DNA of 64,000 nucleotides from an uncultured Gammaproteobacteria bacterium (GTDB lineage Bacteria; Patescibacteriota; Patescibacteriia; UBA10025; JAHIVO01): NCBI GenBank assembly GCA_964628855.1, contig CAZVMV010000002.1, positions 11,442 to 75,441 of the forward strand, read 5' to 3'. Shown piece by piece: positions 60,213 to 64,000 of this stretch (position 1 is its first letter; each line of letters starts with the position of its first letter). The notes under the pieces were generated by a model. It saw only the letters and a program-made list of their open reading frames with translations, ran no database searches and was not told where the DNA came from. The position numbers and the translations under genes were made by a program.

Positions 60213-60761
60213 TTATTTCATCAAGCTGATAAATTTTTCCCTCAGTTTTGAGATTTTGGGGTTGATCGTTATCCGGCAATATGGCTGGTTGGGGTTTTTG
60301 GCCATGTAGTCACGGTGATATTCCTCGGCGGGATAAAACTCGGCGGCTGGCCTTATTTCTGTAACAATTGGCCGGCTGAATATTTTATTGTCAGTAAGTT
60401 CCTTAACGACCTGGATGGCAGTTTGGCGCTGATGATCATCATGATAAAAAATTACTGACCTGTATTGGTCGCCAATGTCATTGCCCTGTCTTCCCAATGT
60501 GGTCGGGTCATGTGTTGCAAAAAAAACCTCTAGCAGTGTTTCGTAGGATACGCTTGAAGGATCGAATCCGATCTGGACTGCCTCTACATGGCCGGACGTC
60601 CCGGTGCATACTTGTTCATAGGATGGGTGAGGCATGATTCCCCCGGTGTATCCGGGCATCACATTTATAACGCCTTTTAATTTTTTAAAAATTGCCTCAG
60701 TACACCAAAAGCATCCTCCGGCAAAAGTGGCTACCGCTGGCGTAAGGTTATTATTGGCCAT
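60213..60761 (-). CDS. msrA: Peptide-methionine (S)-S-oxide reductase
   Basis: 182 aa. Active-site GGCFWC, followed by ...GHVEAVQI...DPTTLGRQGNDIGDQYRS. Confidence 0.9.
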   Translation of the reverse strand: MANNNLTPAVATFAGGCFWCTEAIFKKLKGVINVMPGYTGGIMPHPSYEQVCTGTSGHVEAVQIGFDPSSVSYETLLEVFFATHDPTTLGRQGNDIGDQYRSVIFYHDDHQRQTAIQVVKELTDNKIFSRPIVTEIRPAAEFYPAEEYHRDYMAKNPNQPYCRITINPKISKLREKFISLMK

Positions 60762-60823
60762 AAAAGATTGGTGATTGTATTATATACCTTGATTGTACGA
60801 CAACCAGTATAAGCTGACAAATA

Positions 60824-60854
60824 AAAAACGCCTCCATGAAGGGAGGCGTTTTTT
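60824..60854 (-). terminator. Intrinsic terminator (bidirectional shape) after the 155-aa secreted protein gene
   Basis: aaaaaa-cgcctcc-atgaag-ggaggcg-tttttt (stems 60829-35 and 60842-48). Confidence 0.65.
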
Positions 60855-60875
60855 GGCGGCCAGAAACTCCGGTTG

Positions 60876-61343
60876 TTATTTTATCCCATGGTTGCCTGGA
60901 CCGAACCCGAGGCCAGCCATGACTGGCTGGGTTTGAGCCTGCTGGTATATCTCGTCTGCCTGGGTTTGGGTCATGTAGCCGACTTTGACCATGTCATCTA
61001 GTTTGGCCTTGAGGTCGGAGAGGTGACGCGTCTTCATGGTGTCGTATGTAACGCCATGTTCAGCGGCAATTTGGTACATTGGTTTGCCGGACTCAATTTC
61101 CTTCTCCAAATCTTCAACCGACATATTGAATAGCGTGGCTTGTTCCTCTAGCCGCTCCAGGTGTCTTCCGTTACGACCATTGTGAATCGGCTGTTCCGCA
61201 ACGGTCGCAGATTGAACCGTATTACTGGAGGCGGTTGTAGTGTCGTTGGCTGTTTGGGCATGGACGACACCGATAGCCGCCAAAGCCAGCGAACTGGCCA
61301 TCACGACGGCGAGAAAGAGCTTAGAACTTTTGGACATAGGCAA
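60876..61343 (-). CDS. Secreted hypothetical protein
   Basis: 155 aa. Signal peptide ...LALAAIGVVHA|Q, a T/S-rich linker, and a helical C-terminal domain. No motif recognised. Confidence 0.45.
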   Translation of the reverse strand: MPMSKSSKLFLAVVMASSLALAAIGVVHAQTANDTTTASSNTVQSATVAEQPIHNGRNGRHLERLEEQATLFNMSVEDLEKEIESGKPMYQIAAEHGVTYDTMKTRHLSDLKAKLDDMVKVGYMTQTQADEIYQQAQTQPVMAGLGFGPGNHGIK

Positions 61344-61407
61344 GTGATATTAGTGGATTAGATGCGCGCAATTATTACTATATATTATTAATGTGAAAAT
61401 CGGATGA

Positions 61408-61435
61408 ATAAAAAATCTCCCCATAATAGGGAGAT
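61408..61435 (-). terminator. Intrinsic terminator after the 73-aa gene
   Basis: The minus strand reads atctccc-tattatg-gggagat followed by uuuuuu (stems 61415-21 and 61429-35). Confidence 0.55.
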
Positions 61436-61466
61436 GGCTGGCGCGTCCTTGTGCGAAGTTGAATTC

Positions 61467-61688
61467 TTATGGAAGCCCGGTGGTTGGGTTCAGGGGGCCG
61501 TCATATTCGCCCAGGACAGTCCGGAAGCGTTTCGGATTGATCTGATGCCGTTTGATGGCAACTGTAGCCTTAGCTTTTTTCCTGGCCTTGGCCAGAGCAC
61601 GTTGAGCGCTGAGAGTAACATCAATGTCTCTCTGCCTGGACATGAAGCCGACGATTTTTGCCACGGCCGGTGAAATACCTTGTGTCAT
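61467..61688 (-). CDS. Small basic hypothetical protein
   Basis: 73 aa. Strong SD (taaggaggaatcATG on the minus strand). Bracketed by its own terminator and the upstream gene's terminator. No motif recognised. Confidence 0.45.
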   Translation of the reverse strand: MTQGISPAVAKIVGFMSRQRDIDVTLSAQRALAKARKKAKATVAIKRHQINPKRFRTVLGEYDGPLNPTTGLP

Positions 61689-61781
61689 GATTCCTCCTTA
61701 GGCGTCACGTAGAGGGGCGGTAAGTGCAATTTCGTACAGTGTATCAGCCGGGGGTGGCCGTGTCAATCCGCCTGGTTGGAG

Positions 61782-61815
61782 AAAAAATACCCCCACACCA
61801 TCGAATGGTATGGGG
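61782..61815 (-). terminator. Intrinsic terminator after the CaCA antiporter gene
   Basis: The minus strand reads ccccataccat-tcg-atggtgtgggg (11-bp stem, one G-U pair) followed by guauuuuuu. Confidence 0.65.
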
Positions 61816-61821
61816 ATTTGT

Positions 61822-62874
61822 TCATTGAGTGAATGCGAAGGCGATAATCATTGCCAGGTACAGTCCGAGGAGCATCACTCCTTCGCTCATGGTCCACCGG
61901 TTGTCGCGGAGCACCAGATAGGTGCCGATCAGGCTGATGAGCAAAACGCCGAACGGCATGCCAGTGAAGTTAAGCGTGAAAGGATTACCGATCAGGTAGC
62001 CGAACAACACTGCGCACGGCGCAACCACCATGCCTACCTGCGAGGCCGAGCCGACTGTCAGGGCCATGCTAAGTTCGGTCATGCGTTTGTATGCTGCGGA
62101 TACCGCAATGAGGTGTTCGGACACATTCATCAGTGTTGGCGCAATCACGAATCCGATTGCAGCCTGTGAAATTCCTGAAGCTGTAGCTACGGCTTCCACG
62201 TCGTCGGTGATGAGCTTACACATGGTAATTGAACCGGCAGTGGTAAGTGCCAATGTGCTTACTGACCGTAACACGCTCCAGTGGTGCTTAAGCTGTTGCG
62301 ACTGCTCACCGATCATTTCAGTCCGTTCGTCGGATCGTGACATGAAGAAAAAAAGGATGTACGTGATAAACAACATGGATCCGAAGAGGTAGCTCATCGG
62401 TATCTGCCGGTTGGCCGAAATGTGAGATTCAAACAGGCTGGGCAGGAACAGGATGACGGCCATCAGAAAAAACTGGTTGATAAACAGTGAAGAGGTGTGC
62501 TGATTTAAAGGCAGTGTCCCATGTTTGTGGCATCCGACGATGATGGCGATACCCATCACCAGGAGCAGCGTCCCACTGATTGAACCAATGATCCCTCCCA
62601 GCACCATCATGTGCAGGTTTGCTTGGAGCGCCAAGAAGATGAAGATAAGCTCCGGCAGGTTGCTTAGCGTAACGCTAATGAAACCGGCTTTTTTCTGTCC
62701 GGTCCGGTGTGCCAGATGGTCAGTGGATCTGTTCATGTAGGTATTGAGTGGGATCAGGGCAATCGCAGCTGAACCCACCGTCAGCATCGGCTGATTCAGC
62801 ACAAACCGACTCACTAGTGCTATTGGGATCCCTGCGAGTAGGGCGATAAGAATCCACCACATGTAATCCTCCAA
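61822..62874 (-). CDS. CaCA-superfamily cation/proton (Ca2+/H+ type) antiporter
   Basis: 350 aa, ~11 TM. Two alpha-repeat-like motifs, TLSNLPELIFIFLAL and LMNVSEHLIAVSAA (cf. GNxxE). SD ggagga upstream. Confidence 0.7.
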   Translation of the reverse strand: MEDYMWWILIALLAGIPIALVSRFVLNQPMLTVGSAAIALIPLNTYMNRSTDHLAHRTGQKKAGFISVTLSNLPELIFIFLALQANLHMMVLGGIIGSISGTLLLVMGIAIIVGCHKHGTLPLNQHTSSLFINQFFLMAVILFLPSLFESHISANRQIPMSYLFGSMLFITYILFFFMSRSDERTEMIGEQSQQLKHHWSVLRSVSTLALTTAGSITMCKLITDDVEAVATASGISQAAIGFVIAPTLMNVSEHLIAVSAAYKRMTELSMALTVGSASQVGMVVAPCAVLFGYLIGNPFTLNFTGMPFGVLLISLIGTYLVLRDNRWTMSEGVMLLGLYLAMIIAFAFTQ

Positions 62875-62919
62875 ATGTATGCTTGTTTTATCATTATCAA
62901 AGGGCGTGAAAATCCTAAT

Positions 62920-62947
62920 ATTTTAACAGAATGCGCTTTTTTGTCAA
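62920..62947 (-). promoter_or_regulatory. Possible promoter of the antiporter gene
   Basis: The minus strand reads TTGACA (62947-62942), a 16-nt spacer, then TAAAAT (62925-62920), ~45 nt upstream of ATG 62874. Confidence 0.4.
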
Positions 62948-62994
62948 TATAAAAAACTCCTCCATTGCGGCGAGATGTTATAATATTCCTTTTA

Positions 62995-63282
62995 TTAGGC
63001 AACGAGATAGATATATTGCAGTACTTCTTTACCGCAATTCGTGACGTTATGCAGTGTCCGGGGCGGATTGTAGGCAATATTATTGGCTTTAACTTTTTGT
63101 TTTTTTCCATTTGCCAATAGCATAGCCGTGCCTTTCAGGACAATAATTATTTCCTCGCGATTACCCGTAGTGTGTTCGCCGACCGACTGGCCAGGCTTTA
63201 ATATTTGAAAACCACTACGTATCTTTTTCGTTATGGGAGGACTAAACAACTGCCCCCGTTTCAGTGGTTTTTTCGTTTTCAT
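62995..63282 (-). CDS. Cupin-domain protein
   Basis: 95 aa. LKPGQSVGEHTTGNREEIIIVLKGTA...PPRTLHNVTN is a cupin_2 two-motif pattern. Its start overlaps the upstream stop (ATGA). Confidence 0.7.
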   Translation of the reverse strand: MKTKKPLKRGQLFSPPITKKIRSGFQILKPGQSVGEHTTGNREEIIIVLKGTAMLLANGKKQKVKANNIAYNPPRTLHNVTNCGKEVLQYIYLVA

Positions 63283-63869
63283 TGATTTTTTCCGAGGTTC
63301 TTAATATGCTGGACTAATTCATTAGCCCGTTGTTGGTAAAAATCACGGGAATATTGTTGGCCATCCAATAGTGGACTGATTGGGGCGCCAATCGTCATTT
63401 CCACGCTATGTGTTCTCCATGGTTTCAATGGCCAGAACGTTACCGGCCAGATAGAATCCGAGCCTTTGATATTGACGGGGACGATGGGTGCATTGGCCAG
63501 CTGGCTGATGACTAAAGCTCCGGTGTGGATGCGATTTGACCGGTGACGGGGATGGATATCGCCTTCCGGAAAAATGCCAACGGTGTTTTTTTGGTGCAGT
63601 TTTTCCACCGCCCTGTTTATGGTGTGGTGGTTATCAGGTATGGCCTGCCCGATGTGATGCACTATTAAACGGTGCCACCAGTCATTCAACAGTCGGGATT
63701 GGGCGATATATGTAATGGGGCGTTTGAAGGCCAAAATCAGCAAGATGGTGTCCAGTGAGCTCAGGTGATTAGAAGCGACCAAACAAGGACCGGCCGGAAC
63801 GTTTTGCAGGCCGTCGATCTTTTTAAAATATATGGAAAAAGGTTTCAGTAATGTCCAGGGTATGCGCAT
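63279..63869 (-). CDS. PlsC-like acyltransferase family protein, paralog B
   Basis: 196 aa. NHLSSLD (NHxxxxD) and VGIFPEGDIHP. Colinear with 37273-37863, with the same length and shared blocks such as RIHTGA(I/L)V(L/I)SQLA. Confidence 0.7.
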   Translation of the reverse strand: MRIPWTLLKPFSIYFKKIDGLQNVPAGPCLVASNHLSSLDTILLILAFKRPITYIAQSRLLNDWWHRLIVHHIGQAIPDNHHTINRAVEKLHQKNTVGIFPEGDIHPRHRSNRIHTGALVISQLANAPIVPVNIKGSDSIWPVTFWPLKPWRTHSVEMTIGAPISPLLDGQQYSRDFYQQRANELVQHIKNLGKNQ

Positions 63870-63899
63870 TTCAATCGCTCTGCTTAATTTTGAAATTAG

Positions 63900-64000
63900 T
63901 TACCAGATTTCCTTATGGATTCTAGAACGGTCAAATTCTTCTTCTGAATGTGGCGTCATCATTTCATCCGGATAACCTATGGCAATGGCATTTATTACCG
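63900..64000 (-). CDS. C-terminal fragment of a nitroreductase-family-like protein (5' part beyond the window end)
   Basis: My translation of the minus strand is ...VINAIAIGYPDEMMTPHSEEEFDRSRIHKEIW*. The AIGYP tail is typical of nitroreductase-fold proteins. Only 33 codons are visible. Confidence 0.35.
   Translation of the reverse strand, partial: VINAIAIGYPDEMMTPHSEEEFDRSRIHKEIW

Noticed and set aside
37273-63869. The two PlsC-like genes as boundaries of a 26-kb mobile or duplicated island
   Set aside because: They are diverged protein paralogs, not DNA repeats. No integrase, transposase, tRNA or att-like direct repeats are present, and the interval contains ordinary chromosomal genes (msrA/B, ABC transporter, pilus operon).
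1-64000. Alternative genetic code (UGA recoding as in some CPR lineages)
   Set aside because: Conserved proteins (DnaA, DnaN, PBP1A, PilB, GlgA) are full-length with the standard code, and several genes terminate at TGA at the expected length (for example ruvC). There is no sign of in-frame TGA interruptions.

Overview
This is a 64-kb chromosomal window containing the replication-origin neighbourhood (rpmH-rnpA-yidD-yidC on the minus strand, then dnaA, a candidate oriC and dnaN on the plus strand). The gene content suggests a small-genome, CPR/Patescibacteria-like bacterium. That is an inference from the short YidC, TrbC/VirB2-like pilin proteins, DUF2079 and other huge polytopic membrane proteins, GH57/GlgA glucan genes, a type IV pilus operon and an orphan solute-binding protein. 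I count about 70 tightly packed CDS under the standard genetic code, many with 1-7 nt gaps or ATGA/TAATG overlaps. I see one candidate structured RNA (a compact RNase P RNA at about 36.9-37.2 kb, minus strand). I found no rRNA, tRNA, CRISPR array, transposase or integrase. Main blocks: (1) 1-12.4 kb holds a partial PilB-like ATPase, housekeeping genes, the origin, PBP1A, a ROK kinase and tyrS. (2) 12.9-22.7 kb is one co-directional yebC-ruvC-alpha-glucan array with duplicated GlgA/GH57 pairs, GH15, an APH-like kinase and a GalT-like enzyme. (3) 24.1-30.5 kb holds four consecutive very large polytopic (GT-C-like/DUF2079) membrane proteins. (4) 30.6-36.9 kb is a minus-strand array CapA-GalU-orphan SBP-Cys-rich giant-two small pilin-like proteins. 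The 647-aa member fuses a pilin-like anchor to about 10 tandem six-cysteine modules and is my top candidate for something undescribed. (5) 37.3-41.4 kb holds membrane and lipid-related genes. (6) 42.0-43.2 kb is a GC-rich two-gene island of unknown function with conspicuous hairpins. (7) 44.5-50.8 kb is the operon pilB-pilC-3 prepilins-589-aa PilX-like protein. (8) 50.9-64 kb holds a MacB-type ABC pair, NUDIX/HD enzymes, msrA/msrB, a ceramidase-like protein, an FG-GAP/phosphodiester-glycosidase surface protein, a CaCA antiporter and a second PlsC-like paralog. All family assignments are motif recognition by eye and from memory. No database search was run.
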